Source: a virus. From it: a DNA stretch of 64,000 bases. The notes under the pieces were generated by a model. It was not told the DNA's origin. It saw only the letters and a program-made list of their open reading frames with translations, and did no database searches. This document shows, one piece after another, positions 17,394 to 27,301 of the stretch; the stretch's first letter is position 1, and each line of letters opens with the position of its first letter. The stretch covers positions 32,001 through 96,000 of IMG/VR virus record IMGVR_UViG_3300020558_000217, one strand, 5' to 3'. A program made the position numbers and the translations under genes.

Positions 17394-18059
17394 TTAAATT
17401 GTCACAGAGCTCCTTGCAGTCCCTGATGATAGATTAGTTCTTTGTTGTGAATTAGTTGGCTGTATTGAAGAGTTTTCTATTGTATATTCTGTGTAAGCAA
17501 TAGAGACATTGATTTTTAGAAGATTTGAATCGCCCCAAGAGAGAGGAAATTCTCTGATAGCTGTAGGAAAGGCGTCAAAAAGATTTATTTTTTGAACTAT
17601 GTTACCATAATGGTCGTAAATGAAAATAACCATAGTGGTGGCATAGTTTTCTTTATAATCTGCAGTATAATTTGGCGTAGAATTATTTGCAGTTGAACCG
17701 TTATATTGAAAAATAGCTCTAGTCCATTGATACCAATATTGCCAAAATTCGCAATAATGATCGCCAAGCATAGAAATAGATACTTCTTGAAATTGAGCGC
17801 TTATTGGCATTTTTTGAGTTGGACCTATACCAAATCGATTAATATCCGCTGTCATTATAGAAATACCAGGAGCTCTTACTTGATCTATTCTGAACTCCAT
17901 GTTTTTAGCAATTTTATAAATGGCTGTAGGAGTGCCCTGATTACTAAGAACAGCGTTTGACAAAACTCGAGGAGTTTGTATCAAAACTGAGAATGCATTA
18001 TTGTCTAGATAGCCAAAATCTCTTAAATTTGTTTGATAGGCGTTTATGTTAAATGGCAT
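17394..18059 (-). CDS. gp54: Tail tube initiator gp54-like (tube fold)
   Basis: DAFPTAI motif; synteny between gp2 and gp26. Confidence 0.65.
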   Translation of the reverse strand: MPFNINAYQTNLRDFGYLDNNAFSVLIQTPRVLSNAVLSNQGTPTAIYKIAKNMEFRIDQVRAPGISIMTADINRFGIGPTQKMPISAQFQEVSISMLGDHYCEFWQYWYQWTRAIFQYNGSTANNSTPNYTADYKENYATTMVIFIYDHYGNIVQKINLFDAFPTAIREFPLSWGDSNLLKINVSIAYTEYTIENSSIQPTNSQQRTNLSSGTARSSVTI

Positions 18060-18067
18060 TTTTCTTC

Positions 18068-18643
18068 CTAGTAAGGTGGTGAACCAGCATATCTTCTATT
18101 ACTATTAATTTTCCATCTTTGAAGCGGTAACACAGCAGCCTTTTCCCAGTCAGAAGGGTCAACTTCATGAAAAGAACTTCTAACGTGCGAAAAAAGATAT
18201 CTTTTTATGCAACCTTCAACGCCTTTTAATTGATTAGAGTAACCTTTTAAAAACTCATAAGATATACTTAATCTCTTATTCTTATTATATTTATTTTCAT
18301 CGGTCAAATCTATCAGAGAATTTAATATTTTAATTCTGGCCAAAGGAGGTAGGTAATGAAGATTGATTCCTAAAAAACCATCTAGATACATTTCAACTGG
18401 TAGGGTCAGTGGAAACATATCGTAAAACGGTAAAGTGTTTTTGTATTTGGGATCATAAAGATAAAGAAACATTCCGCCTATAAAAGGCATAGATGATTTT
18501 CTAAAAATTTTATTAGGATCAGCTTTTGTTTTATTTGCCTTCAGATCTTCGACAGAGGAAGAAAACCAATCTTGGGCTGTAGTTGATTTGTCTGCTATAG
18601 CCCTGGAACTGGCTTTCAGAAGATCATTAAAAGTATTTGGCAT
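18068..18643 (-). CDS. gp2: DNA end protector gp2
   Basis: YDPKYK..LPFYD.FPL, GFLGINLHYLPP, CIKRYL..HVRS. Confidence 0.93.
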   Translation of the reverse strand: MPNTFNDLLKASSRAIADKSTTAQDWFSSSVEDLKANKTKADPNKIFRKSSMPFIGGMFLYLYDPKYKNTLPFYDMFPLTLPVEMYLDGFLGINLHYLPPLARIKILNSLIDLTDENKYNKNKRLSISYEFLKGYSNQLKGVEGCIKRYLFSHVRSSFHEVDPSDWEKAAVLPLQRWKINSNRRYAGSPPY

Positions 18644-19089
18644 TAAAACATGAGTCCTAGCTCTTTTTCAGTTATGATTTCAAATTCATAACCTCTGTCT
18701 CTACAAAATTCTCTGGCAGCTTTCCATTTTGCTGAATTTACACCCCAAGTCATAACTTCATTAACATATTTCCGAGACTTTCTTTTACCTTCAGTAATAG
18801 TTGGAGGTAAAGTCTGGGCATAAGGTTTTATTTCAATTACTATAGTTTTGGTACCTTCTTTAGTTTTTTTCCTGACTACAAAATCAGGATAATACCTATG
18901 GACTCTATTGTCCACTGGAGATCTATAAGGAATTATAGTCTCTTCGCTCTGCCACCAAATAACGTCTGGATCTTTATCCAGCCTAGCCATATACACAAAT
19001 TCCCATCTACTTCTGTAGACAATATTTGAAGAATCGCCTTTGTATTTATCAGGGTTTATGGGTTTAAAGTAACCTTTATATGTTGCCAT
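18643..19089 (-). CDS. gp4: Head completion nuclease gp4
   Basis: NPDKYKGD, YRSRWE, HRYYPDF, IEIKP, NSAKWKAA. Confidence 0.95.
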   Translation of the reverse strand: MATYKGYFKPINPDKYKGDSSNIVYRSRWEFVYMARLDKDPDVIWWQSEETIIPYRSPVDNRVHRYYPDFVVRKKTKEGTKTIVIEIKPYAQTLPPTITEGKRKSRKYVNEVMTWGVNSAKWKAAREFCRDRGYEFEIITEKELGLMF

Positions 19090-19151
19090 CTTGATACAGT
19101 TTAAATAAATAAAGTAAAGTAGTAATATTTATTACAAGATTAAGGGATACT

Positions 19152-19913
19152 ATGGCTCTAACACAGAACTTTCCGCAGCCGCCCGGAAGATTTAACAGAC
19201 AATCAAGAACATTTCCTGAAGACTTAATTCAGTCTAATAGAGGATTTTACACGAATATCAGTCTTGTTAATTATGAATACAGTCTAGTATCAAACGGTTT
19301 AGGAGCTATCTCTTATGGTGGCGGATTCAAACTACCAATCCCTAGAAGATTAAATGATAATGAAGTTATTTTATGGGAAGAATGGAGCGGCATTAATGCA
19401 ATTCAACAAGGATTAACTACACTTGGTTCTTATCTACCTGGAGCTAATCAATTAAATACTCTTGCTAATGCTGGTCTTGCTGGCATAGAAATAGGTGGAA
19501 TGTTTGGCACCGGCGTGCCAGGTATTTCTCAAGGAGGAGAAACTGTTAGTCCATTTATGTATATGATGTATAAAAGGCCCGGATTCAAAGAATTCACGTT
19601 AAGCTGGACTTTGGCGCCAAATACCGAAAGCGAATCTGATACATTATTGAGTATAATAAAAGAATGTAAAAAGGCTGCATTACCTAGTATTGGTAGTGCT
19701 TGGGGGTTACAAAAGTATCCTAAAATCGCTCTGGTCTCATTTAAGCCAGAAAAGTATCTGTTTAAACTGAAGCCATGTGCGATCATTTCAGTGCAAGTAG
19801 ATTATAATGGTTCTGGTACTCCATCTTTCTTTAAAAGCGGCGCACCAACAATAATAAATCTAACATTACAATTGAAAGAAATCCAACTTTGGACTTCTGA
19901 AGAAATTACATAA
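19152..19913 (+). CDS. gp48: Baseplate tail-tube cap gp48
   Basis: FKEFTLSWTLAP..ESES, LTLQLKEI; divergent from gp4. Confidence 0.8.
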   Translation: MALTQNFPQPPGRFNRQSRTFPEDLIQSNRGFYTNISLVNYEYSLVSNGLGAISYGGGFKLPIPRRLNDNEVILWEEWSGINAIQQGLTTLGSYLPGANQLNTLANAGLAGIEIGGMFGTGVPGISQGGETVSPFMYMMYKRPGFKEFTLSWTLAPNTESESDTLLSIIKECKKAALPSIGSAWGLQKYPKIALVSFKPEKYLFKLKPCAIISVQVDYNGSGTPSFFKSGAPTIINLTLQLKEIQLWTSEEIT

Positions 19914-19924
19914 AAGAGCAAGAA

Positions 19925-20800
19925 ATGCCACAAAGATATTTCGACAAATTTCCTGTAATCACCTATGCCAATAATCAGGCTATAGATATTACTAGACGTG
20001 TCACAGTTTTAGATAAAATTGAAAACATACCATTTGTGTATTATCCTTATGAGATTACTGATAACGAGAGACCAGATCAACTAAGTGCTAGATATTACGA
20101 AGATCAGTATAAAAGCTGGATCATTTACATTGTTAATAAAATAGTAGATCCATATTATGAGTGGTATTTACACGAAAGAGAAATGGTTGATTTTCTAGAT
20201 AAGAAATATGGTTCGTATTATAACGCTCAAACTAAAGTCAAACATTATATGAACAATTGGGCGGACAGCGATCAAATAACAATTGGTGGATACAATGCGT
20301 TGACCGTTGGACAACAAAGGTATTGGGAGCCTGTAATCGGTACCAATGGCAAAACTATGTCATATAAAAGAAAACAAATAGACTGGAAAACTAATACAAA
20401 TAAAATTGTACAATATAATGTTAGTAATACCTCATTTATCAAAGACGAAATTTGTTATATCAATTTTGATACTGAAAACTATGGTAGAGGTCAGGTATTA
20501 TCAGTATCTAATAATTTAGTTTCTATATGTCATGTCAGTGGAGTCTATAAAAATAGCGCAGAAGTTTCTATAACTTCAAACAGCTATATCTATGGTTCTG
20601 AAAGTTCAGTGAATACAGTCTTTACTACTTCAACTGTAGTTTCTTCAAATATACCTGTGGATGAAGAAATATATTGGAAGCCAATTACTTATTTGCAATA
20701 TGAAGAGGATAAAAATGAATTTAATAAAACTATCAGAATTTTGGATAGTAGATTGAAACAAGTAGCAGTTGACAACTTAACAGATTTATTGAGCGAATAA
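19925..20800 (+). CDS. gp53: Baseplate wedge protein gp53
   Basis: YFDKFP, ERPDQLSARYY...WII...N.IVDPYYEW. Confidence 0.88.
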   Translation: MPQRYFDKFPVITYANNQAIDITRRVTVLDKIENIPFVYYPYEITDNERPDQLSARYYEDQYKSWIIYIVNKIVDPYYEWYLHEREMVDFLDKKYGSYYNAQTKVKHYMNNWADSDQITIGGYNALTVGQQRYWEPVIGTNGKTMSYKRKQIDWKTNTNKIVQYNVSNTSFIKDEICYINFDTENYGRGQVLSVSNNLVSICHVSGVYKNSAEVSITSNSYIYGSESSVNTVFTTSTVVSSNIPVDEEIYWKPITYLQYEEDKNEFNKTIRILDSRLKQVAVDNLTDLLSE

Positions 20801-20801
20801 C

Positions 20802-22058
20802 ATGGCTGCTGGCGATATTAAGATATCCAATGTTAAAATAGGAAATATGGAACTAACCAAGGACAAAAAGGTCTCATTGGTTGGATTCAACGTATATGAA
20901 GATATATTGAACCCATATGGTCCTGTTGGAGAGGTCAGAGTTATGGACCCATCCGATTCATTGGGCCAAAACAGAATCAACGGTTCTTATGATCAGGACG
21001 TTGAAATAAGATTTTCAGGAGATGATAGTATTTTTAGTGCCGGTGGCGGTGGCAATTTCAAATTCAAAATGTTCCAAAATAAAAATCTTAACGACCAATC
21101 ACAAAACAATTTCGGTTCAGGTCACCACAAACAATATGATATTAGGTGTGTTTCTCCAGAATTTTTAAATGCTCAGGGTAATCATATTGAAAAAAGTTTC
21201 AAAGGCAAAACAAGCGAAGTTGTTGAACATATCCTTAAAGAAGGATTTAAGACCAAAAGAAAAATAGAAAAAGCTGACACTAAAGGAAATCGTAGAATTG
21301 TTATTCCTAAAATGCATCCTTTAGATGCATTGAAAAAAATGAACACGGAACATGTTTCAGAGAAATATGAATCTTCTACATTTGCTCTTTTTCAACAGGG
21401 AGACAGTAATGGTGAACACAAATATGTATTCAAAACATTTGAAGAATTATTCGAGAAGTCTCCAGTAGTCAAATTAAGACAAACTACAAATCTAAATTTT
21501 TCTAAGGCAAATCAACAAGACAGACAAAATTCTATAATGTGGTTTAAACCATCAAAGAACTTTGATGCTGGCCCAAGAGCATTGGATAAAACCGAAGAGT
21601 ATGCTGTAGATTTAACAACTCATAAGGTTGTTGCAACAAACACACAAAAACGAAATAAATTTAAGTTTGCTGACAATCAAGGAGTTTATGACAGTTCTCC
21701 TTCTTATGCTAAATCTGCTCCTGTAAGATATATACATGATAAAGCGAATAACAAAGATAAACATACAACTTCTGAGGCCAAAACAAAAAGAGCAGCATTT
21801 TTGGCTCATTTAGCGCAGAACTCAGCAGAATTAGAAGTTTACTATAACCCTAAAATTACTTTAGGATCTATGGTTGAACTGGACATACCTAAGAAATCTA
21901 ATAGCAATTGGGAAGAAGGTGAATCTCAGTTTAATGGAAAATGTCTAGTGGTTGCTATAAGAACAAAGTATAGGGTTGCGGCAGAACCACCAAACTGCAC
22001 AATGATATTAAGAGTTGTTAAGGCGTCGTTCAAACGTGGCGGTGGAGGTCAGGGATAA
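20802..22058 (+). CDS. Baseplate hub protein (gp27-like)
   Basis: Position between gp53 and gp5; VYEDIL and GKCLVVAI hub-like patterns. Confidence 0.6.
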   Translation: MAAGDIKISNVKIGNMELTKDKKVSLVGFNVYEDILNPYGPVGEVRVMDPSDSLGQNRINGSYDQDVEIRFSGDDSIFSAGGGGNFKFKMFQNKNLNDQSQNNFGSGHHKQYDIRCVSPEFLNAQGNHIEKSFKGKTSEVVEHILKEGFKTKRKIEKADTKGNRRIVIPKMHPLDALKKMNTEHVSEKYESSTFALFQQGDSNGEHKYVFKTFEELFEKSPVVKLRQTTNLNFSKANQQDRQNSIMWFKPSKNFDAGPRALDKTEEYAVDLTTHKVVATNTQKRNKFKFADNQGVYDSSPSYAKSAPVRYIHDKANNKDKHTTSEAKTKRAAFLAHLAQNSAELEVYYNPKITLGSMVELDIPKKSNSNWEEGESQFNGKCLVVAIRTKYRVAAEPPNCTMILRVVKASFKRGGGGQG

Positions 22059-22465
22059 TGTTTTATATTGCAGAAGTTAGAAATTTTGAAGATGATCCTA
22101 CTAAATCAGGTCGTGTTAAAGTCAGAATTTATAACGAACATAATGATGAACAAGCAATCAAAGACGAAGAACTTCCATGGGCTATGGTAGTACAACCTAT
22201 AACATCAGCTGCAACGTCAAGAATTGGAGTTTCGCCTTCAGGATTAAAAGTGGGCTCTAGAGTATTAGTTACATATTTACCTCATGATACTGCTATGCAA
22301 TATCCTATTGTTCTTGGTTCTTTGGCTCGTGGTGATATGCCAGAGGGTCACGAAGATAGTAATGGCGGCGTAGGTCAACAATCACAAGAAGCTCAAAGAA
22401 ATTCTGGAGGTAAAATTAAGAAACCTGGTATTGATAATCCTGCTTGGACAAGGAAAAGTAATTAA
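22058..22465 (+). CDS. gp5: gp5 N-terminal OB-fold domain as a stand-alone protein
   Basis: DDPTKSGRVKVRI...LPWAMVVQPITSA...PIVLGSL. Confidence 0.85.
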   Translation: MFYIAEVRNFEDDPTKSGRVKVRIYNEHNDEQAIKDEELPWAMVVQPITSAATSRIGVSPSGLKVGSRVLVTYLPHDTAMQYPIVLGSLARGDMPEGHEDSNGGVGQQSQEAQRNSGGKIKKPGIDNPAWTRKSN

Positions 22466-23940
22466 TGGCAGAAAAGGCTTTTGAGAACAATAACAAAACA
22501 GTTAGTCCGAATCATCAGACATTAGGTGGTAAAAAACCTAAGATTAATGCTGAAGTAAAATATGCTGACGCTCCTGCAGTAAAGCCAGATGATTCTAAAA
22601 CATTATCTGACGCTCGAGATAAATTTGCTCCAAATGCGGATAAGCCAACTTCTGCTTCGGCTGATAAAGGTCAAACTGATCTACCTCAATTGATGAAAAA
22701 GGTTGATCCGCAAGGAAAAGCGCAAGTTTTGCCTCAAATGTATCAGCAATTAATGCAGATGTCAAATATTTTAGGCATGGGCAGCGGCATGATGGGCGGC
22801 ATGGGCGCTGGTGGTTCAGGACAAAATACACCACAAGGTATTCTACAAAATAGTGACCCAATACCTGCAGGTATAGTTACTGTAATTAACGATTCGTTTA
22901 CTGGCGCTCTTGCAATTTTGTCTCTCAGATATGGGTTTGAGAGAGTCATTTTGGTATTTACTACTTTATTAGATAAAGGCGGTATAGATAGAATTGATGA
23001 TAGGTTTCAGGATATCGTTAAGAATGGTATAGCAAATTTAATTAAAGTTGCTTTGTATTATGGGCCATTGAATATTCCTGTTTCAGTTTATGATGAAACA
23101 ATTTATGGCGACATTGTACCAGAACCTTTAGTTTCTTTAAGTAATGTGCCAGATGGATACAATAAACAATATTATGAAATTGCTGACGATCCATATCCCG
23201 GATACATAGAATGGTTATCACCAGACAAAACTGAAAAAGTTTATACCAGGAGACCGCCTGGTTCGTTTGTTTACACAACGCCAAATGAAGAGACATATTC
23301 AGTTTCTGAATTAGAAATCGCTGCCGATCTTAAGCCATACATTCAGATACAAATACCACAGCCATTATTGACGACTGATATATTAAATGAGATATTGGCC
23401 AAACAAGTTGTCAATGTAGAGGAAAATATTACCAACAATAATATTGGTAACAACTCAAGTCAAAATAATAATAGCAGTGGTGGTGGGAATATGGGAGGTC
23501 AATTGCAATCTCTTATGCAAATGTTGCTCTCACAACAGCTACCAAAATCTGTATTGAATCAAGGCGATGTACAAAAAACAATGAATCAATTTACTAAAGA
23601 TATGTCATTCAATAATCAGTTGTTTGAATTAGGTAACCAAGCTATGGGCGGAGGAATGGGCGGCGGTCTCGGTTCTCTAGGTAACATGGGTGGTATTTCA
23701 AATATCATGAGCGGTTTCAATTCCGGTGGCGGTGGTATTTCAGGAGTGCTCGGTAATCTTGGTGGTGGTAATTTATTAGGAAGTTTTGGTGGTTTTGGTG
23801 GTGGATCAGGCGGAGGTGGCGGAGGTGCTGGTAGTGGATTCCCTGGCGCTTCTGGTGGCGGATTTTATACTGGTGGAGATGTTACTGATACTGGTAAGAA
23901 AAATATTGCTCAGATGTTAACATTATTAGGTATAAGTTAA
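22465..23940 (+). CDS. Unknown Gly/Met-rich virion protein between the gp5 halves
   Basis: TAATG coupling on both sides; no recognisable lysozyme motif. Confidence 0.75.
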   Translation: MAEKAFENNNKTVSPNHQTLGGKKPKINAEVKYADAPAVKPDDSKTLSDARDKFAPNADKPTSASADKGQTDLPQLMKKVDPQGKAQVLPQMYQQLMQMSNILGMGSGMMGGMGAGGSGQNTPQGILQNSDPIPAGIVTVINDSFTGALAILSLRYGFERVILVFTTLLDKGGIDRIDDRFQDIVKNGIANLIKVALYYGPLNIPVSVYDETIYGDIVPEPLVSLSNVPDGYNKQYYEIADDPYPGYIEWLSPDKTEKVYTRRPPGSFVYTTPNEETYSVSELEIAADLKPYIQIQIPQPLLTTDILNEILAKQVVNVEENITNNNIGNNSSQNNNSSGGGNMGGQLQSLMQMLLSQQLPKSVLNQGDVQKTMNQFTKDMSFNNQLFELGNQAMGGGMGGGLGSLGNMGGISNIMSGFNSGGGGISGVLGNLGGGNLLGSFGGFGGGSGGGGGGAGSGFPGASGGGFYTGGDVTDTGKKNIAQMLTLLGIS

Positions 23941-24758
23941 TGGTAGATCATAATAAAAAAGTTCCAAAATCAGCACTAGACGAAAACGAGATTGAACCAA
24001 AATATGGTTATGTTCATGGAGAATGGGACGCACTTGGCGGACACCATTTAGTATATCGTAATCCAGAAGAACACGAAAAATCATATTCAGAGTCATTAAC
24101 TCCCAGTGGAAGTTACCAGATAACTCATCATGATCAAAAGAAAAAAGAGATACACACAGCAGTAAATCCTGGAGAACATAGAGCTTATGTTGGTGGTGGT
24201 AAATCAATTCAAGTAGACGGTCATTTCGATCACAATGGTGAAAAAACTGGTAGAATGGAACACGGTGATGATTTTGGTCAAACTACTGGTAAAAATTACT
24301 ATAGAGGAACTGGCAAAAAAGAATTCAAAATGTCTGGAGATTCCAGATATAATGGTGTTCAAAAAGGTTCGGCTCCTGTTCATTGTAATGTTGATGCAGG
24401 AACAAATAGAAATAGAGTGAAAGGCGATAGGTTTCACGCCACAGAAGGCGATTATGTTTCTATGGGCGAGAAGAAAAAAATTGAAGTCTTTCAAAAAGAC
24501 GTTTCAATGTATGCAGGTGCCAATCATGATGTATTCGTTAAAGAAAAAGGTAAAATAGAAACAGGTAGCACGATGTTAGTGCAGACCGGATCTACAGCTA
24601 CTGTAAATTCTGCCTCTGACGCTCTTGTTAAAGCAGCAACAGAAATTACAGTGGATGCTGGTTCTAAGATAACTTTAAAAGTCGGTGGTTCTAGTATTGT
24701 CATTGAAAGCGGTTCTATTACTATCAAGTCCGCAAGTATTAAGTTTGAACAAGGTTAA
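23940..24758 (+). CDS. gp5 C-terminal spike (beta-helix) protein
   Basis: PKYGYVH N-terminus; VgrG-like ending KITLKVGGSSIVIESGSITIK; followed by PAAR. Confidence 0.75.
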   Translation: MVDHNKKVPKSALDENEIEPKYGYVHGEWDALGGHHLVYRNPEEHEKSYSESLTPSGSYQITHHDQKKKEIHTAVNPGEHRAYVGGGKSIQVDGHFDHNGEKTGRMEHGDDFGQTTGKNYYRGTGKKEFKMSGDSRYNGVQKGSAPVHCNVDAGTNRNRVKGDRFHATEGDYVSMGEKKKIEVFQKDVSMYAGANHDVFVKEKGKIETGSTMLVQTGSTATVNSASDALVKAATEITVDAGSKITLKVGGSSIVIESGSITIKSASIKFEQG

Positions 24759-24766
24759 ATAGTTAG

Positions 24767-25054
24767 ATGGCTCAAGCACATAGACAAGACGATCAGAGAT
24801 CTTGTGGGGCTACTACAATAGTTAGTGGTCAAAGTTTTGTTACTATTGACGGTAAATTATGGGCTGTAGAGAATGATCAAAATACTCATGGCGCTGGCGG
24901 TTTGATTGCTAGTAAATCGTATATTACGATTGGTGGTAAAAAGATTATAGTTGTGAATGATAGTGCTAATCAAGATAATTTATGTCCAACGGCTGGAGGA
25001 GAACATTGTAATCCAAAGGCTTCATCCGGAAGTAGCTTAGTAGACGTAGGATAA
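24767..25054 (+). CDS. PAAR-like spike tip (gp5.4)
   Basis: HRQDD.RSCGA...H...C..H pattern; follows the spike gene. Confidence 0.85.
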   Translation: MAQAHRQDDQRSCGATTIVSGQSFVTIDGKLWAVENDQNTHGAGGLIASKSYITIGGKKIIVVNDSANQDNLCPTAGGEHCNPKASSGSSLVDVG

Positions 25055-25056
25055 AA

Positions 25057-25485
25057 ATGGCATTAACAAGAGCAGATACCTTCACAGGTTCTAAAAAACA
25101 AATTGAATATTTTTCAGACTTTTTGACTAGTTTTGCAAAAACACCAATTGGAAATCAATTGGCTAGAGTAACAAACGAACAAGCTGTCGTGCAGTCTTTG
25201 AAAAATCTTATAAGAACAAATTTGGGCGAAAGATTGTTTCAGCCTACAGTTGGTTCTGACGTTATGGCAACTTTATTTGAGTTGAACACAGACGAGGCTA
25301 GGGATTCATTAGAATTATTCATCAATAACACTGTTGAGAACAATGAACCTAGAGTCAATCTAGTACAAACCATAGTGAATACCGATAATATTAATGAAAA
25401 TCAAATTGAGATAACTTTGATTTATAACTTAATAAATAATCCAACAGAGTTAACTCTTAATTTAGTACTAAAAAGAGTCCGATAA
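25057..25485 (+). CDS. gp25: Baseplate wedge subunit gp25
   Basis: SLKNLIRTNLGERLFQPTVGS, EPRV. Confidence 0.93.
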   Translation: MALTRADTFTGSKKQIEYFSDFLTSFAKTPIGNQLARVTNEQAVVQSLKNLIRTNLGERLFQPTVGSDVMATLFELNTDEARDSLELFINNTVENNEPRVNLVQTIVNTDNINENQIEITLIYNLINNPTELTLNLVLKRVR

Positions 25486-27300
25486 ATGGCAAATAGTTCA
25501 CTCAATCTTTCGTCTCTAGATTTTGACACCCTTAAAGATAATTTTAAGGAATTTCTAAAAACACAATCAGCATTCAAAGATTATAATTTTGATGGTTCGA
25601 ATATTAACGTTCTCCTAGACGTTATGTCTTATAATTCATATTTAAATTCGTTTTATTTAAATATGATTGCATCAGAGATGTTCTTAGATTCAGCTCAAAA
25701 AATAGACTCTGTTATTTCTCATGCAAAAGAATTAAATTACACGCCCAGAAGTTCTCATTCTGCTGTTGCTAATATCACTTTTACTGTGGAAACTAGCGGA
25801 TTTACATCAAATAAATTAACGATTCCCAAAGGGACCAGATTCACTGGTTTTAATTCTAACGGAACATATACCTTCGTTACAGATCTTTCACAGACTTTTG
25901 TTTCTTCTAATAATACTTATTTGGTAGAAAACATCCAAATAAATGAAGGCACATATTTTACTGATTCTTTTGTTTTAGATTACGAAATTGAAAATCAAAG
26001 ATTTATACTTTCTAACGAAAACATTGATATTGAAAGTATTACAGTAAATGTCTCGGAAAATGGAGTTAATACTGATTACACTTTTGCAACCACTTTGTTT
26101 GGTTTAAGTGACGCCTCTACCGTTTATTTTATTCAGGCAGTCGAAGGCGGTAGATATGAAATTAGATTTGGTGATGGATTATTTGGAAAAAAACCAATAA
26201 ACGGAGCTACGGTTGTTGTTGAATATATTGTAACAAATGGTTCAGATGGTAATGGTGTTGAAAATTTTGCATTAACAGATAATCTTGGTCCTGGTAATGG
26301 CGGCGAAGCTACTGCTTCGGAAATCACAGTTATTACTAGTTCTATACAAGGCGCAAATCAAGAAACTATAGAAGACATAAAATTTAATGCTCCTAGATAT
26401 TTTGCCGCTCAACAAAGAGCAGTTTCTATAGATGATTATTACTCACTAGTGCGTGCCAAATTTGGTGGAGCTGTTGACGATGTTATTATCTATGGTGGGC
26501 AAGATTTAGAACCAAAACTATACGGAAGAGTTATTGTTTCAGTAAAACCAACCGCATCTGTTACTGCATCTTCATTATTAAAAAATGATATCGTAAATTA
26601 TTTACAAGATTTTATCGCTCTACCAAATAGAGTCATAGTAACTGATCCTGATTATTTTTATATTGATGTATCTTCTACAGTTCAATTTAATTCTAAACTG
26701 ACAACAAAATATTCTACTGAAATTAAAAGTATGATATTGGATGGTATTATTAATTTTAGTAGAGATCATTTAGAAAAATTTGGCAACGATTTTAGATATA
26801 GCAGATTCGTTACTCGTATCGATTCATTAGATCAGAGTATAACAAGTAATGATACACGAGTAAAAATAATCAAAAGATTGACCCCTAAATTATTATTTGC
26901 TACTTCTTTTGATGTCCGTTTCAATAATGGAGCTGAACAAGAAGGTTTATATGATGGTGTAGCATATCCAGATCAAAGAGTTTTAACTAGCACAGGATTT
27001 TCATACGTTGACGAAGAAGATAATATCTATCCTAACTGTTATTTAGAAGACGACGCTCTTGGTAATGTATTAGTATATACGTTTTTGAAAGGTATCAAAA
27101 CTATCTTAAAAACAAATATTGGAATCATAAATTATGAAACTGGTGCAGTATCGATAACCAATCTTAAAACTTCTTATTATAATAGTTACATAGAGTTATC
27201 TTTAACTACTAAAAATAAAGATATCATTGCATCTAAAAACATGGTTCTTTTAATTGACCCTGTTGACGTTAACATAGACATCATAGAAACAATAAGATAA
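25486..27300 (+). CDS. gp6: Baseplate wedge subunit gp6
   Basis: LDFDTLK, DYNFDGSNINVLLDV, EMFLDSAQ, FGDGLFGK, QQRAVSIDDY. Confidence 0.95.
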   Translation: MANSSLNLSSLDFDTLKDNFKEFLKTQSAFKDYNFDGSNINVLLDVMSYNSYLNSFYLNMIASEMFLDSAQKIDSVISHAKELNYTPRSSHSAVANITFTVETSGFTSNKLTIPKGTRFTGFNSNGTYTFVTDLSQTFVSSNNTYLVENIQINEGTYFTDSFVLDYEIENQRFILSNENIDIESITVNVSENGVNTDYTFATTLFGLSDASTVYFIQAVEGGRYEIRFGDGLFGKKPINGATVVVEYIVTNGSDGNGVENFALTDNLGPGNGGEATASEITVITSSIQGANQETIEDIKFNAPRYFAAQQRAVSIDDYYSLVRAKFGGAVDDVIIYGGQDLEPKLYGRVIVSVKPTASVTASSLLKNDIVNYLQDFIALPNRVIVTDPDYFYIDVSSTVQFNSKLTTKYSTEIKSMILDGIINFSRDHLEKFGNDFRYSRFVTRIDSLDQSITSNDTRVKIIKRLTPKLLFATSFDVRFNNGAEQEGLYDGVAYPDQRVLTSTGFSYVDEEDNIYPNCYLEDDALGNVLVYTFLKGIKTILKTNIGIINYETGAVSITNLKTSYYNSYIELSLTTKNKDIIASKNMVLLIDPVDVNIDIIETIR

Positions 27301-27301
27301 A

